Origin: Clostridia bacterium
GTDB taxonomy: Bacteria; Bacillota; Clostridia; Christensenellales; Aristaeellaceae
Length of the DNA stretch: 64,000 nucleotides
Assembly: GCA_017447185.1 (NCBI GenBank)
Contig: JAFSOC010000015.1
Span: 184,672-248,671, forward strand
Direction of reading: 5' to 3'
The notes under the pieces: generated by a model
Told to the model about the DNA's origin: nothing
What the model saw: only the letters and a program-made list of their open reading frames with translations
Database searches by the model: none
Translations under genes and position numbers: made by a program
Part shown: positions 30,987-41,880 of the stretch, piece by piece
Layout: every line of letters begins with the position of its first letter
How positions within the stretch are numbered: position 1 is the first letter of the stretch

Positions 30987-31725
30987 AAGAAAAGAAATGA
31001 ATGTCGTTCTTGTGCGACATACGCTTTCACCGGAAGAACTTGTATCACTGGGGGCGAAACTTTGCTACTCAAAATCGACTATCTCCGGTCTGACAGAAAA
31101 AATTTCGGCACAGGATCAGTCCGCTTTTATTGAAAAGCTGCTGAATATGGGCCATGAATCAATTTTTGAACATGCATCTTTCACATTTGGAATCGAAGGA
31201 GTCAGTCGTGTGCTTCTTGCACAGCTGACAAGGCACCGGCTCGCCAGCTTCTCCGTACAAAGCCAGAGATATGTTTCCTATGAAAACGGATTTGGATATA
31301 TCCTCCCTCCGAGGATTGAAGCGCTTGGGGAGGAGGCTGTGCAGCGTTATACTGAGCAGATGGAACAGATGGAAACCTGGTACAGGGAATGGCAGTCGTT
31401 GCTGGGAAAAGGCGAAAAATCCAATGAAGATGCCCGTTTTGTTCTCCCGAACGCATGTGAAACCCGTGTTTTGCTGACGATGAACGTCCGGGAACTCTGG
31501 CACTTTTTCTCATTGCGGATGTGCAACCGGGCACAGTGGGAAATCAATGAACTGGCAAAAAGGATGCACAGGCTGTGCATTGAAACAGCCCCGGCGCTGT
31601 TTGCCGAAGCAGGATCGGCCTGCCTGCGCGGAAGATGTCCGGAAGGAGAAAAAACCTGCGGACAGGTGGAAGCCAAACGCAAAGAGAGAAAAGAACTGCT
31701 TGAATCCCTGAAGAAGGAGATCTGA
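30979..31725 (+). CDS. thyX: FAD-dependent thymidylate synthase
   Basis: GHESIFEH, RHRLASFSVQSQRY, EDARFVLP and RAQWEI motifs. Confidence 0.96.
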   Translation: MAERKEMNVVLVRHTLSPEELVSLGAKLCYSKSTISGLTEKISAQDQSAFIEKLLNMGHESIFEHASFTFGIEGVSRVLLAQLTRHRLASFSVQSQRYVSYENGFGYILPPRIEALGEEAVQRYTEQMEQMETWYREWQSLLGKGEKSNEDARFVLPNACETRVLLTMNVRELWHFFSLRMCNRAQWEINELAKRMHRLCIETAPALFAEAGSACLRGRCPEGEKTCGQVEAKRKERKELLESLKKEI

Positions 31726-31727
31726 TT

Positions 31728-32717
31728 ATGCCGTCTGAGAAAAAATACAACAGGAATGAAGCCGCCCCAAAGGGCGCGAAATCAAAACAGGATTTCAGAA
31801 AGAATGAATTCCGTGGGATAGATCCGGATTATCGTTCGGGCAGAAATACAAGAAGAACAGGCACACAGCTGAAAACTGAAAAAAGGTCCTTTCCGGCACC
31901 GCAACGCACCTCTTACAGACAGTTTGAGTTTGATGCTGAGATGGATACAAAAAGGCAAAATGTCAAAGAGACTTCAGACGACATCTATATCCTGACCGGA
32001 AGAAACCCGATTCGTGAAGCGTTAAAAAACAATCGGGATCTGGAAAAACTGATGGTTCAGAAAGGTGACCTTTCCGGTTCCGCAATGGAAATTGTAAAAA
32101 CCGCAAAAGACCGGAAAATCCTTGTACAGGTTGTTGAGAAAAGCCGGCTGGACGAAATTGCTCCGAATCACCAGGGGCTGATTGCTTTTGCTTCAGCTTA
32201 TTCCTATTCGACTGTGGAAGATATTTTGCAGGCGGCGGCTGAAAAAAATGAGGATCCTTTCCTGGTTCTGCTGGATGGTATCACAGATCCCCATAATCTT
32301 GGAGCTATTATCCGCAGCGCTGAATGTACAGGAGCGCACGGTATCATTATTCCCCAGCACAGAAGTGTCGGACTTACCCCGGCTGCAGTCAAAGCGTCCG
32401 CCGGCGCTGTGGAATACCTGCCGGTTGCACGGGTAACAAATCTGAACCGAACCATTGAAGAACTGCAGAAAAGAAATATCTGGGTATATGCGCTGACGAT
32501 GAACGGGAAAGACTATGAATCCGTATCGTTCTCCGGAGGGACAGCCATTGTGATCGGCGCGGAAGGAGAGGGAATCAGCAAACTAACAGAAGAAAAATGT
32601 GATCTTGCAGTTTCCCTGCCGATGAAGGGCCATCTGGACAGCCTGAACGCTTCCGTTGCAGCCGGTGTGATTATGTACCGGATAATGTCCTTCAGAAAAG
32701 CTGGTATTTCTGATTGA
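31728..32717 (+). CDS. rlmB: 23S rRNA Gm2251 methyltransferase with basic N-terminal extension
   Basis: GRNPIREAL, HQG, DPHNLGAIIRSA, GAEGEG and SLNASVA motifs. Confidence 0.95.
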   Translation: MPSEKKYNRNEAAPKGAKSKQDFRKNEFRGIDPDYRSGRNTRRTGTQLKTEKRSFPAPQRTSYRQFEFDAEMDTKRQNVKETSDDIYILTGRNPIREALKNNRDLEKLMVQKGDLSGSAMEIVKTAKDRKILVQVVEKSRLDEIAPNHQGLIAFASAYSYSTVEDILQAAAEKNEDPFLVLLDGITDPHNLGAIIRSAECTGAHGIIIPQHRSVGLTPAAVKASAGAVEYLPVARVTNLNRTIEELQKRNIWVYALTMNGKDYESVSFSGGTAIVIGAEGEGISKLTEEKCDLAVSLPMKGHLDSLNASVAAGVIMYRIMSFRKAGISD

Positions 32718-32738
32718 TGCGAGAGGCAGGCTGTTATT

Positions 32739-33437
32739 GTGGATAAGAACATCAGGGAAGTTCCTGAATCCTCACCCAATGAAATGCTTTCCGGTTTTGA
32801 GGAATACGCAAGTCCAGAAATCAGTAAATATGCTGAATTTACGGATGAACAGATCGTCGAAATGAGCCACAGCGGAGATATTGCTGCGGAAGAATATCTG
32901 CTGGATAAATACAAGAATTTTGTGCGTTCCAAAGCAAGAAGTTATTTCCTGGTGGGCGCTGATCATGAGGATATTGTCCAAGAGGGAATGATTGGTCTTT
33001 ATAAATCGATCCGCGATTTCCGGCCGGACAAACTCAGCTCATTCCGCGCTTTCGCTGAACTCTGCATTACGCGTCAGATCATTACGGCGATCAAAACAGC
33101 CACACGGCAGAAACACATTCCGCTGAATAATTATGTTTCATTAAATAAACCCCTGTATGACGAAGAAAGCGACAGAACACTTCTGGATGTGATCGTGGAA
33201 GGAAGAATATCCGATCCGGAAGAACTGATTATTAATATGGAGAATGTCGGGAATATCCGTACCAAGATCAGTGAAGTGCTGTCAACACTTGAACAACAGG
33301 TTCTGAATGCCTATCTTGACGGAAAGAGCTATCAGGAGATTGCTGAATCTCTTGGAAGGCATGTGAAATCCATTGATAACGCTTTGCAGAGGGTAAAAAG
33401 AAAACTCGAGAAAAATCTCGAGGAAAATCAGAACTGA
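32739..33437 (+). CDS. sigH: RNA polymerase sigma-H factor
   Basis: QEGMIGLYKSIRD, AIKTATRQKHIPLN and KSIDNALQRVKRKL motifs. Confidence 0.96.
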   Translation: MDKNIREVPESSPNEMLSGFEEYASPEISKYAEFTDEQIVEMSHSGDIAAEEYLLDKYKNFVRSKARSYFLVGADHEDIVQEGMIGLYKSIRDFRPDKLSSFRAFAELCITRQIITAIKTATRQKHIPLNNYVSLNKPLYDEESDRTLLDVIVEGRISDPEELIINMENVGNIRTKISEVLSTLEQQVLNAYLDGKSYQEIAESLGRHVKSIDNALQRVKRKLEKNLEENQN

Positions 33438-33452
33438 CTTTATTGAAATAAC

Positions 33453-33797
33453 TTATGGATTTCCGGCTTCCGTTACCTGATCCTGGATCAGATCGGAAGC
33501 TTTTTCAATAACGGTCTGCAGATTAACAGGAGAAGAATTCCTGTGACTTCCGGCCGGAATAACCTGAATGTTCCCGGCTGGAGACTTGCTGCCAAGACCT
33601 GACACAAAAACACACAGAAGAATCAGCAGGACAGAAAGACTGCAAAGCGCAATAACGGTTCTCGGCCGGAATGCGGTTTTCCTGGGAGAAGAGACTGCTG
33701 CTTCAAGAATACGATGTTTCAGGTGCTGATCCGCTTTCAGCCCGGAAAGAACATGTTCCGTCACTTCAGGAACGCGATTCAGCTGATCCATGCTCAT
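33453..33797 (-). CDS. small single-TM protein, putative anti-sigma factor
   Basis: ATGA overlap with the ECF sigma gene; one hydrophobic helix (IALCSLSVLLILLCVFV). Confidence 0.65.
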   Translation of the reverse strand: MSMDQLNRVPEVTEHVLSGLKADQHLKHRILEAAVSSPRKTAFRPRTVIALCSLSVLLILLCVFVSGLGSKSPAGNIQVIPAGSHRNSSPVNLQTVIEKASDLIQDQVTEAGNP

Positions 33798-34306
33798 TCT
33801 CCTTTCAATTCCTTTATCAGTTTGTTCCTTGCCCTGCTCAGCCGGGAGGAAACTGTCCCTTCAGCCACTTCAAGCATTTCTGAGATTTCCGCCACGTTGT
33901 AACCCTGGTAATAATGCAGCAGGACAACCTCCTTGAATTCAGGAGAAAGGCGGTTGATGGCTTCTGACAGGGCGATCGAGTCGGCCGCTTTGCCGATTTC
34001 ATCATCTGCGGGGAAAAGCTCGAATGCCGGATGGCCGAGGACCACTCTCCGGACCCAGCTGCTGCGCCAGAGATCCCTGCACTTATTCAGCGTTACTTTC
34101 AGCAGCCAGGATTTTTCCCTGCCCGGATACAGAACCGGGCGATTCAGCAGCAGTTTGACAAATACATCCTGCGTTACATCTTCAGCACGCTGCCGGTCAC
34201 CTAGATAATAATACGCTACGCGAAGGACGTCTGTTGCGTAGCTTTCATACAGCTCATCAAACGTCATCCCGGAAACGCCGGAAGGCTGATCCTGATCTGT
34301 TTCCAC
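33794..34306 (-). CDS. ECF-type RNA polymerase sigma factor
   Basis: AEDVTQDVF and SWL (region 2); EISEML..AEGTVSSRLSRAR (region 4); GTG start after AAGGAGG. Confidence 0.93.
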   Translation of the reverse strand: METDQDQPSGVSGMTFDELYESYATDVLRVAYYYLGDRQRAEDVTQDVFVKLLLNRPVLYPGREKSWLLKVTLNKCRDLWRSSWVRRVVLGHPAFELFPADDEIGKAADSIALSEAINRLSPEFKEVVLLHYYQGYNVAEISEMLEVAEGTVSSRLSRARNKLIKELKGE

Positions 34307-34515
34307 AGAATCCTCCTTCACAAACAAAAACGAACCAACCAACTTAAATCTTCCCTCCGCAGGCACTTTTTTCAAAAAAAGAATCAGATCCGGGAAGCAA
34401 TCTGGAACCTCTTCAGATCGGCAGGAGAATAAAAAAGGATTATCTTCCTGCTGAAACCATTATAAACTGAAGAGAAATAAAGGGCAATCACATTTTTTTC
34501 AAGCCAAATTTGCAC

Positions 34516-34544
34516 TTGACGAACAATACAATGAACAGTAAAAT
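34516..34544 (+). promoter_or_regulatory. sigma-A promoter of glgCDA
   Basis: TTGACG-N17-TAAAAT. Confidence 0.65.
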
Positions 34545-34612
34545 ATTAAAAACGGAGATATTATATCGTTTTTTCTGGAATATCATAAATCAATTAAGGA
34601 GTGTGTCATTCT

Positions 34613-35797
34613 GTGTTGAGAAAGAAGACTTGTGTTGCAATGCTTCTTGCCGGCGGGCAGGGAAGCCGTTTGGGTATTCTGACAAAAAAAGTGGCAAAAC
34701 CAGCAGTTCCTTATGGTGGAAAGTACCGGATTATTGATTTCCCGCTCAGCAACTGCACAAACAGCGGTATTGATACGGTTGGCGTCCTGACGCAGTATCA
34801 GCCTCTCGAATTGAATGCTTATATCGGCAGCGGCGCTCCGTGGGATCTGGACATATCCAACGGCGGCGTTTTTGTGCTTCCGCCTTACCAGAAAGGGAAG
34901 AGCGGAGAATGGTATCGCGGTACAGCGAATGCCATTTATCAGAATATTGCCTTTATTGAGCAGTATAATCCGGATTATGTGCTGATTCTCAGCGGCGACC
35001 ATATCTATAAGATGGATTATAACGCCATGCTGAACTATCACATCCGTCACGGTGCGGATGCTACGATCGCGGTCCGTGAAGTACCGTGGGAAGAAGCATC
35101 CCGCTTCGGCATTATGAATACCGATTCGGATGACAAAATTGTGGAATTCGAGGAAAAACCAAAGAATCCGAAGAGCAACAAGGCTTCCATGGGTGTTTAC
35201 ATTTTCACCTGGAGCAAGCTTCGCCACTATCTTGAGGAAGATGAAGCTGACAAAAAGAGTTCCAACGATTTCGGGAAAAACATCATTCCGAATATGCTGA
35301 ATGACAAACAGGTGATTGTTGCATACAGTTTCAACGGTTACTGGAAGGACGTCGGAACTATTGAAAGCCTCTGGGAGGCCAATATGGATCTTCTCGAAAA
35401 GCCGATGCCGATTGATATGCACGACAAGAGATGGCGTATCTTTGCCAAGAATCCGGGCATGGCCCCGCATTACATTGCCAAGGGCGCCACGGTAAAGGAT
35501 TCTTTGATAACTGAAGGCTGTGAGGTTTACGGAAATGTAAATCATTCCGTTCTTTTTGCCGGCGTTATCATTGAGGAAGGCGCAAAGGTGGAATCCAGCG
35601 TCATCATGCCGGGAAGCGTGATCAAGCGCGGAGCGGTTGTTCGCAGGGCAATTGTTGCCGAGAACGCTGTTGTCGGTCCCGGTGCGTTTGTTGGCGAGGA
35701 AACCGGCAATATTGCAGTCATCGGCACAGGAATTACCTTGCCGGCCGGAGTCAGCATTCCTGCAGGCCAGCAGGTGGACGAAGAATATACTTTCTGA
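34613..35797 (+). CDS. glgC: glucose-1-phosphate adenylyltransferase
   Basis: [33 protein letters not shown] and YWKDVG motifs; exact start uncertain. Confidence 0.97.
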   Translation: MLRKKTCVAMLLAGGQGSRLGILTKKVAKPAVPYGGKYRIIDFPLSNCTNSGIDTVGVLTQYQPLELNAYIGSGAPWDLDISNGGVFVLPPYQKGKSGEWYRGTANAIYQNIAFIEQYNPDYVLILSGDHIYKMDYNAMLNYHIRHGADATIAVREVPWEEASRFGIMNTDSDDKIVEFEEKPKNPKSNKASMGVYIFTWSKLRHYLEEDEADKKSSNDFGKNIIPNMLNDKQVIVAYSFNGYWKDVGTIESLWEANMDLLEKPMPIDMHDKRWRIFAKNPGMAPHYIAKGATVKDSLITEGCEVYGNVNHSVLFAGVIIEEGAKVESSVIMPGSVIKRGAVVRRAIVAENAVVGPGAFVGEETGNIAVIGTGITLPAGVSIPAGQQVDEEYTF

Positions 35798-35823
35798 GTA
35801 ACTGTTAGAAAGGACGAAAAAAG

Positions 35824-36945
35824 ATGAAAGATGTAATGGGTCTTATTTATACAGGCGAAAATGATGCCAGGCTTCGCGAACTGACCGTTACGCGTGCCAT
35901 TGCTGCCATGCCTGTTGCTGGTAGATACCGCGTAATTGACTTCCTTGTTTCCAGCATGGTAAACGGCGGAATGAAGAACATCGGTGTAATTACACAGAAG
36001 AATTATCACAGCCTGATGGACCATCTCGGTTCCGGAAAGGAATGGGATCTTCACGGAAAGCATAATGGCCTGCATATTCTTCCGCCTTTCCTTACACGGG
36101 AGAATGTAGGACTATATCCGGGCCTTCTGGATGCGCTTCGTTCCAATAATAATTTCCTGATCCGCAGCAAGCAGGAAACCCTGGTCCTCAGCAACAGCAA
36201 TATCATTTACAATGCCCGCCTGGATGAACTGGTGCAGTATTATCGTGATACAAATGCAGATATTACGCTTCTTTATACGAAGGATCCTTCCATGAAGCGT
36301 GATGAATACGGAACATATCTGGCCATTGACAAGAGCGGAAATGTGACAGATATGGAAGTACTGCCGACCCATCCCGGATATGACAATATCTTTATGGAAG
36401 TGCTCGTAATCAAGAGAGAGCTGCTACGCGATCTCGTGGACAAAGCCGTTTCCCATGGGCTTCATTCCATGGATAAGGATATTATTCTTCGCCTTGTTCA
36501 GGATAAATCCGCAAAGATCAATGCTTACGAATACAAAGGAAAGTGCTGGCAGATTGATTCTGTTCAGAGCTATTTCAAATTTAACATGGATATCCTGGAT
36601 CCTGAAATGCGGAAAGGACTGTTCCGCGATGAACTGCCCGTATTTACAAAGGTCAGGGATGAAATGCCTGCCTGCTACGGGGATAACGCAACGGTAATAA
36701 ATTCTCTTGTGGCGGATGGCTGCCAGATTGACGGTATTGTGGAAAACAGCGTTCTTTTCCGCGGTGTAAAGATTGCTCCTGAAGCGCATGTCAAAAACTG
36801 TATTATCATGCAGGACGGTCAGGTGCATGAGGGCGCATATATTGAGAACTGTATCCTGGATAAACAGGCGGTTATCAAACGCAATGCACGCCTGATCGGT
36901 CCGGATGCATATCCGATTGTGATTGGAAAAGACGTTGTAATTTAA
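35824..36945 (+). CDS. glgD: glucose-1-phosphate adenylyltransferase subunit GlgD
   Basis: GRYRVIDF..S.M and SLMDHLGSGKEWDL motifs; follows glgC. Confidence 0.95.
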   Translation: MKDVMGLIYTGENDARLRELTVTRAIAAMPVAGRYRVIDFLVSSMVNGGMKNIGVITQKNYHSLMDHLGSGKEWDLHGKHNGLHILPPFLTRENVGLYPGLLDALRSNNNFLIRSKQETLVLSNSNIIYNARLDELVQYYRDTNADITLLYTKDPSMKRDEYGTYLAIDKSGNVTDMEVLPTHPGYDNIFMEVLVIKRELLRDLVDKAVSHGLHSMDKDIILRLVQDKSAKINAYEYKGKCWQIDSVQSYFKFNMDILDPEMRKGLFRDELPVFTKVRDEMPACYGDNATVINSLVADGCQIDGIVENSVLFRGVKIAPEAHVKNCIIMQDGQVHEGAYIENCILDKQAVIKRNARLIGPDAYPIVIGKDVVI

Positions 36946-36961
36946 TTCGGAGGAAAAACCT

Positions 36962-38470
36962 GTGAATATTCTTTTTACAGCAAGTGAAGCAGTTCCTTTT
37001 GTAAAAACCGGCGGCCTTGCCGATGTAGTCGGTGCCCTGGCGCCTGTTCTTGCGAAGGAAGGCCATGACGTCCGTGTGATTATTCCTGATTTCAGTGCAA
37101 TTCCACAGGAATATGTTTCCCAGATGTCCCATGTCTGCGATTTTGAAATACAGTTGGGGTGGAGAAGGCAGTACTGCGGCATAGAGAAACTCGAAAAAGA
37201 CGGAGTCACATGGTACTTTATGGATAATAAGTACTATTTTGGCCGTCCCTATATCTATGGCATGGGCGGGGATGAATATGAACGTTTCGGGTTTTTCTGC
37301 CGTGGCGTCCTGAATATGCTTCCGCTGATCGGTTTCCGGCCGGATGTGATTCATTCACATGACTGGCAAAGCGGCATGATTCCTGCATTGCTGAAAATCC
37401 AGTATGCGCATCTTCCGTTCTACGCTCCAATCAAATCCGTATTCACCATTCATAACCTGCAGTATCAGGGTATTTTCGGAATTCGTGAAGTACAGGATAT
37501 TCTTGGGCTGGGCGACAGCCTCTGGACAGAAGATCAGCTGGAATGCTTTGGTTGCGCCAACTTTATGAAAGCAGCCCTTGTGTATGCCGATATGATCACG
37601 ACAGTGAGTCCGTCCTACGCTGAAGAAATCCAGACAGCTTATTACGGAGAACGGCTGGATGGCCTTCTTCGGGCCCGAAAGACCGATCTTCACGGCGTTC
37701 TGAACGGGATTGATATGGATGAATATAATCCACAGACGGACCCGATCATTGCAGAACACTTCAATTTCGAAGACCTGCAGGGGAAGGCTGCCTGCAAAAA
37801 GGCGCTGCAGGAAGAACTCGGACTGGATGTGAATCCGGATATCCCGATTATCGGTATGGTCGGCCGGCTCAGTAATCAGAAAGGCCTCGACCTTGTTGAT
37901 TATGTGATTGCTGACATTATGCGCCAGGAAGTTCAGCTTGTTGTCCTTGGCATGGGCGAAGGAAGATACTTCAATCTGTTCAGCTGGGCAGAGGGCGAAT
38001 ACAAAGGACGTGTGGCTGCACGGTTTACAATGGATCATAACCTTGCGCACAAAATCTATGCCGGTGCTGATATTTTCCTGATGCCAAGCCAGTTTGAACC
38101 GTGCGGATTGAGCCAGATGATTGCCATGCGATACGGAACCATTCCGATCGTACGGGAAACCGGCGGACTGAGGGACACGGTGCTGAGCTATAACGAATTC
38201 AGCGGTGAAGGGAATGGCTTTACATTCTTCAATTACAATGCACATGATATGCTGCATGTTATAGAACGTTCCATCGGCTATTACAATAACCGCAGGGATA
38301 TCTGGAACACATTGCAGCAGCGCGGGATGAAAGGGGATTACAGCTGGGCACATTCAGCTAAGGAGTACATGAACCTGTATCAATCCCTGTTTGAACCGAA
38401 AACAGAAGAAACCGCAGAAGCCGGCGAATCAAATGAAAAGAACCCGGTGGTTGTTGAATTTAACGAGTAA
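36962..38470 (+). CDS. glgA: glycogen synthase
   Basis: KTGGLADV, HDWQ, TIHNL and FEPCGLSQ motifs. Confidence 0.97.
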   Translation: MNILFTASEAVPFVKTGGLADVVGALAPVLAKEGHDVRVIIPDFSAIPQEYVSQMSHVCDFEIQLGWRRQYCGIEKLEKDGVTWYFMDNKYYFGRPYIYGMGGDEYERFGFFCRGVLNMLPLIGFRPDVIHSHDWQSGMIPALLKIQYAHLPFYAPIKSVFTIHNLQYQGIFGIREVQDILGLGDSLWTEDQLECFGCANFMKAALVYADMITTVSPSYAEEIQTAYYGERLDGLLRARKTDLHGVLNGIDMDEYNPQTDPIIAEHFNFEDLQGKAACKKALQEELGLDVNPDIPIIGMVGRLSNQKGLDLVDYVIADIMRQEVQLVVLGMGEGRYFNLFSWAEGEYKGRVAARFTMDHNLAHKIYAGADIFLMPSQFEPCGLSQMIAMRYGTIPIVRETGGLRDTVLSYNEFSGEGNGFTFFNYNAHDMLHVIERSIGYYNNRRDIWNTLQQRGMKGDYSWAHSAKEYMNLYQSLFEPKTEETAEAGESNEKNPVVVEFNE

Positions 38471-38489
38471 CAGAAAAAATGAACAGTTG

Positions 38490-38520
38490 CAGGGGATGTG
38501 CACATGCACATCCCTGTTTT
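38490..38520 (+). terminator. glg operon terminator
   Basis: GGGATGTGCA/TGCACATCCC stem followed by TGTTTT. Confidence 0.75.
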
Positions 38521-38536
38521 AAAAACGGAGTAGAAA

Positions 38537-39280
38537 ATGGATCATTGCGAATTACGGGAAGATGAAACGCTGGAAGATCTCCAGCTTGAGGGGCTAAAAC
38601 TGCTGCAGAAGAAAAAAGGCTTCCGGTTTGGAATGGATTCCGTACTGCTGGCTCATTTTGCCTTCATACATGAAAATGATACTGTGGCAGATTTTGGGAC
38701 CGGAAGCGGCGTGCTTCCGCTGCTGTTGATTGGCAGGAATAAGGGAAAAACTTTTCAATGCCTTGAAATACAGGAAGAAATCGCTGAGATGGCACAGAGA
38801 ACAGTCCGGCTGAATCATCTGGAAAACCGTATTCGGATCATTTGCGGAGATGTTGAAAACGCGCATCAATGGATAAAGGAATGTTCATTGGATGCTGTCA
38901 TCTGTAATCCGCCTTACAGTGTTCACGGATCATCGATTGTCAGCCCGTCTGCTACCAGGGCGATTTCAAGAAGCCAGCAGGAAAATACACTGGCAGGTTT
39001 CTTTCGGAGCGCTTTCCGTATTCTCAAAGGCAGAGGAAGGTTATACATGGTGTATCCGGCACCTCAGATGCTGCAGATTATGAAACAGCTGCAGTCGTTT
39101 CATCTGGAACCCAAAAGATTCCAGCTGGTTTATCCCTATGAAAACAAACCGGCAAATCTTGTTTTGATTGAAGCGGTGAAGGACGCACGTCCTATGCTGC
39201 ATCCAATGGATCCCCTGATCATATACACACCGGATCATCACTTGACAAATAGACTGAAGTCTGTTTATCATATTGAATAG
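38537..39280 (+). CDS. tRNA1(Val) A37 N6-methyltransferase family (YabB/TrmN6)
   Basis: FRFGMDSVLLA, DFGTGSG and CNPPY motifs. Confidence 0.88.
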   Translation: MDHCELREDETLEDLQLEGLKLLQKKKGFRFGMDSVLLAHFAFIHENDTVADFGTGSGVLPLLLIGRNKGKTFQCLEIQEEIAEMAQRTVRLNHLENRIRIICGDVENAHQWIKECSLDAVICNPPYSVHGSSIVSPSATRAISRSQQENTLAGFFRSAFRILKGRGRLYMVYPAPQMLQIMKQLQSFHLEPKRFQLVYPYENKPANLVLIEAVKDARPMLHPMDPLIIYTPDHHLTNRLKSVYHIE

Positions 39281-39313
39281 AATTCGGTCTGTTATGGGCG
39301 GGTGAGTTGTTGT

Positions 39314-40543
39314 ATGAATGAAATCTGGGATTTTGCAGTGATCGGAGGCGGAGCCTCCGGAATGGCCGCAGCTATTACCGCATCAGGATTTCATGATCGT
39401 GTCCTGCTGATTGAAAAATCTCCTTCTCTTGGAAAAAAGATCGCTGCTTCCGGAAACGGGAGATGCAATTTGATGAATATTTTGGACCCGGTTTATTACG
39501 GAAACAGTGAGTTTGCCGGAAAAGTGCTTCAGCACTTTGGAAAGGAAAAACTGCTTCATTTCTGGAATGACCTGGGACTGTGCCTTTCAGAAGAGGAAGA
39601 AGGCCGGATTTATCCCTGTACATTCCAGGCTGTCAGTGTTCTCGATGCGTTGAAAACAAGGCTGAAAACAAACCAGGTGAATATCCTTCTTCAAACAAAA
39701 GTAACTCAGGTTACGAACCGGAATGCCCTGTTTCATATTGAAACAGAGAAAGATGTATTTATCAGCAAACGTATTCTGGTTGCATCAGGTGGGGCAGCGG
39801 CGCCGAAACTGGGAGGTTCGGGATCGGGATATTCAATCCTTGAATCTTTCGGACATCACATGATTCCGGTTTTTCCTGCTTTATGTCCGATTGTGACAGA
39901 TAGTAAAAGCATTTCCGGACTAAACGGTATTCGGGTGAAATGCATGATCTCTGTTTTGAATCAGAATCACTCGCTGCTTCAGAAGAAAAAAGGAGAAATT
40001 CTTTTTACGGATTACGGAATCAGCGGAATCTGCGCAATGCAGTGCGCCAGATTTGTCAAAGAAAACGGCTGTACTGCGGAACTGGATATTGTCAGCCGGG
40101 TTTTTCAGGAAGAGTCCAAACTGATGGAATTCCTGAAAAGCAGAAGGGAAAAAGTCAGCAATTTTCCTCCGGAACAGATCCTGACAGGTTTTCTGCTCCC
40201 CAAACTGTCATTTGCTGTAATGAAACAGGCCGGCATCAGTATGCGCAACAGTCTTGCCGGAGACCTGACAGACGATGATCTGCTTGCCGTTGCAGACCGG
40301 CTGCATCATTATACGCTTCGGATTGAAGGAGTTAAAGGACTTGATGATGCGCAGGTTACTGCCGGCGGTGCCGACTGCAGGGAATTTGATCCGGAAACGA
40401 TGGAATCACATATTGTAAAAGGTCTCCATGCAGCCGGAGAACTGCTGGATGTTGACGGCGACTGTGGCGGGTTTAACCTGATGTTTGCATTTTCATCCGG
40501 TATTCTTGCGGGGCTGAATGGAAGAGAGGAAGAACGTAAATGA
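39314..40543 (+). CDS. HI0933/YhiN-family flavoprotein
   Basis: GGGASG, SGNGRCN and GELLDVDGDCGGFNL motifs. Confidence 0.92.
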   Translation: MNEIWDFAVIGGGASGMAAAITASGFHDRVLLIEKSPSLGKKIAASGNGRCNLMNILDPVYYGNSEFAGKVLQHFGKEKLLHFWNDLGLCLSEEEEGRIYPCTFQAVSVLDALKTRLKTNQVNILLQTKVTQVTNRNALFHIETEKDVFISKRILVASGGAAAPKLGGSGSGYSILESFGHHMIPVFPALCPIVTDSKSISGLNGIRVKCMISVLNQNHSLLQKKKGEILFTDYGISGICAMQCARFVKENGCTAELDIVSRVFQEESKLMEFLKSRREKVSNFPPEQILTGFLLPKLSFAVMKQAGISMRNSLAGDLTDDDLLAVADRLHHYTLRIEGVKGLDDAQVTAGGADCREFDPETMESHIVKGLHAAGELLDVDGDCGGFNLMFAFSSGILAGLNGREEERK

Positions 40544-41235
40544 AAAAAGGTGAAATCAAAAAACAGGAAATCCTTCGGACCGCGGAAGCACGTTTTTGCC
40601 GCTTTGGATATGAGGAAACCAGTATTCAGGATATCCTGGACGACCTGCATACAAGCAAGGGAAGTTTCTATCATCATTTTACAAGCAAGGAAGCATTGCT
40701 TGAAGCGATCTGCAGATACCGGGCAGAGTCCAACTCCCTGGAGATCCTGGGCGCTGTTTCTCCGGATACAGCCCCGATTGATGCCTTGAATTTATTGGTT
40801 TCAGGTTTGATTCCGTTTTCCGGGGAAAAGCTTTCCTTTCTGCTGATGATTCTTCCCGTTTTCTCCGGACCGGAGGGTGTACAGCTGAAAACCGGGTATA
40901 TGAACGAATTGTCATCGATATATCACAGCCCGATCAGCGACATCATCAAAAAAGGAACCGATGCAGGATTCTTTTCCTGTTCCGATTCCGATTTCTCAGC
41001 CACAATGGTGTTGTCCATCGTTCATCATTACTGGCTGTCCGTCTGTGACCTGATCCTTTCAGACCATCGCGGGGGAGTCCGTACAGATCCATCTGAACTG
41101 CTTTCCATGACAGAACAGTACAGAACTGCGCTTGAAAGAATTCTTTTTGCTCCTTATGGTTCCGTGATGCTGCTGTCCCTTCCGGAACTGATAAACCTGA
41201 TCGACCAAATTCATCTTCACCTTCAGGTATCCTGA
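40540..41235 (+). CDS. TetR/AcrR-family regulator
   Basis: GYEETSIQDI...SKGSFYHHFTSKE HTH; ATGA overlap with the upstream gene. Confidence 0.9.
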   Translation: MKKGEIKKQEILRTAEARFCRFGYEETSIQDILDDLHTSKGSFYHHFTSKEALLEAICRYRAESNSLEILGAVSPDTAPIDALNLLVSGLIPFSGEKLSFLLMILPVFSGPEGVQLKTGYMNELSSIYHSPISDIIKKGTDAGFFSCSDSDFSATMVLSIVHHYWLSVCDLILSDHRGGVRTDPSELLSMTEQYRTALERILFAPYGSVMLLSLPELINLIDQIHLHLQVS

Positions 41236-41241
41236 AGAAAA

Positions 41242-41880
41242 TCAGGAAGGAAGGTCCCAAGCGATATATTTTTCTTCTGCGTCTCCAAAGACGATTTTCC
41301 CGTCTGTAATATCTGTGAGGGTCCGGACAGAACTTTCGAAGTCTTTTGTTCGTGTATCCAGTAAAAACTCGACATTTTCAAGGTAAATAACATCGCGGAT
41401 CCTGACATTCATTTTCTGAAGCGCATATTGAACGGAATTCCAAAGGGAATAGGAGACCGTGCAACGGATTTCAGAGGACAATTCCATCTGCACAAGCCCG
41501 GCGGTTTCCAGTGCAATTTTACATCCCTGTGAATAGGCTCTGGACAATCCTCCGGCTCCGAGAAGCACACCGCCGAAGTACCGAACGACAACCACACAGC
41601 AATTTACTATCTGCTCATTTTTCAGGACATTCAGTATCGGGAGGCCGGCTGTGCCGCCAGGTTCACCGTCATCACTGTAACGGATGATTCCGCTGTTTAT
41701 TCCAATGATATAGGCGTAACAGCAATGCCTGGCTTCCCGATGCATTTCCCTGATGGTCCGGATGAATTGCACAGCTTCTTCTTCAGAAGTACACGGACGG
41801 ACATATCCGATAAAACGGCTTTTCTGAATGACGACTTCATCGTCAGCCTGTTTCAGGACGGTGATATAGGATTCATTCAT
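41242..41880 (-). CDS. YigZ/IMPACT family protein
   Basis: [15 protein letters not shown] and [13 protein letters not shown] motifs. Confidence 0.93.
   Translation of the reverse strand: MNESYITVLKQADDEVVIQKSRFIGYVRPCTSEEEAVQFIRTIREMHREARHCCYAYIIGINSGIIRYSDDGEPGGTAGLPILNVLKNEQIVNCCVVVVRYFGGVLLGAGGLSRAYSQGCKIALETAGLVQMELSSEIRCTVSYSLWNSVQYALQKMNVRIRDVIYLENVEFLLDTRTKDFESSVRTLTDITDGKIVFGDAEEKYIAWDLPS

Noticed and set aside
34548-34573. Imperfect inverted repeat at the glgC transcription start
   Set aside because: AT-rich, bulged and single-copy; too weak to call as an operator
34583-38353. Long antisense ORFs (320, 261 and 332 aa) opposite glgC, glgD and glgA
   Set aside because: Shadow frames of well-conserved genes, with no motifs or convincing RBS
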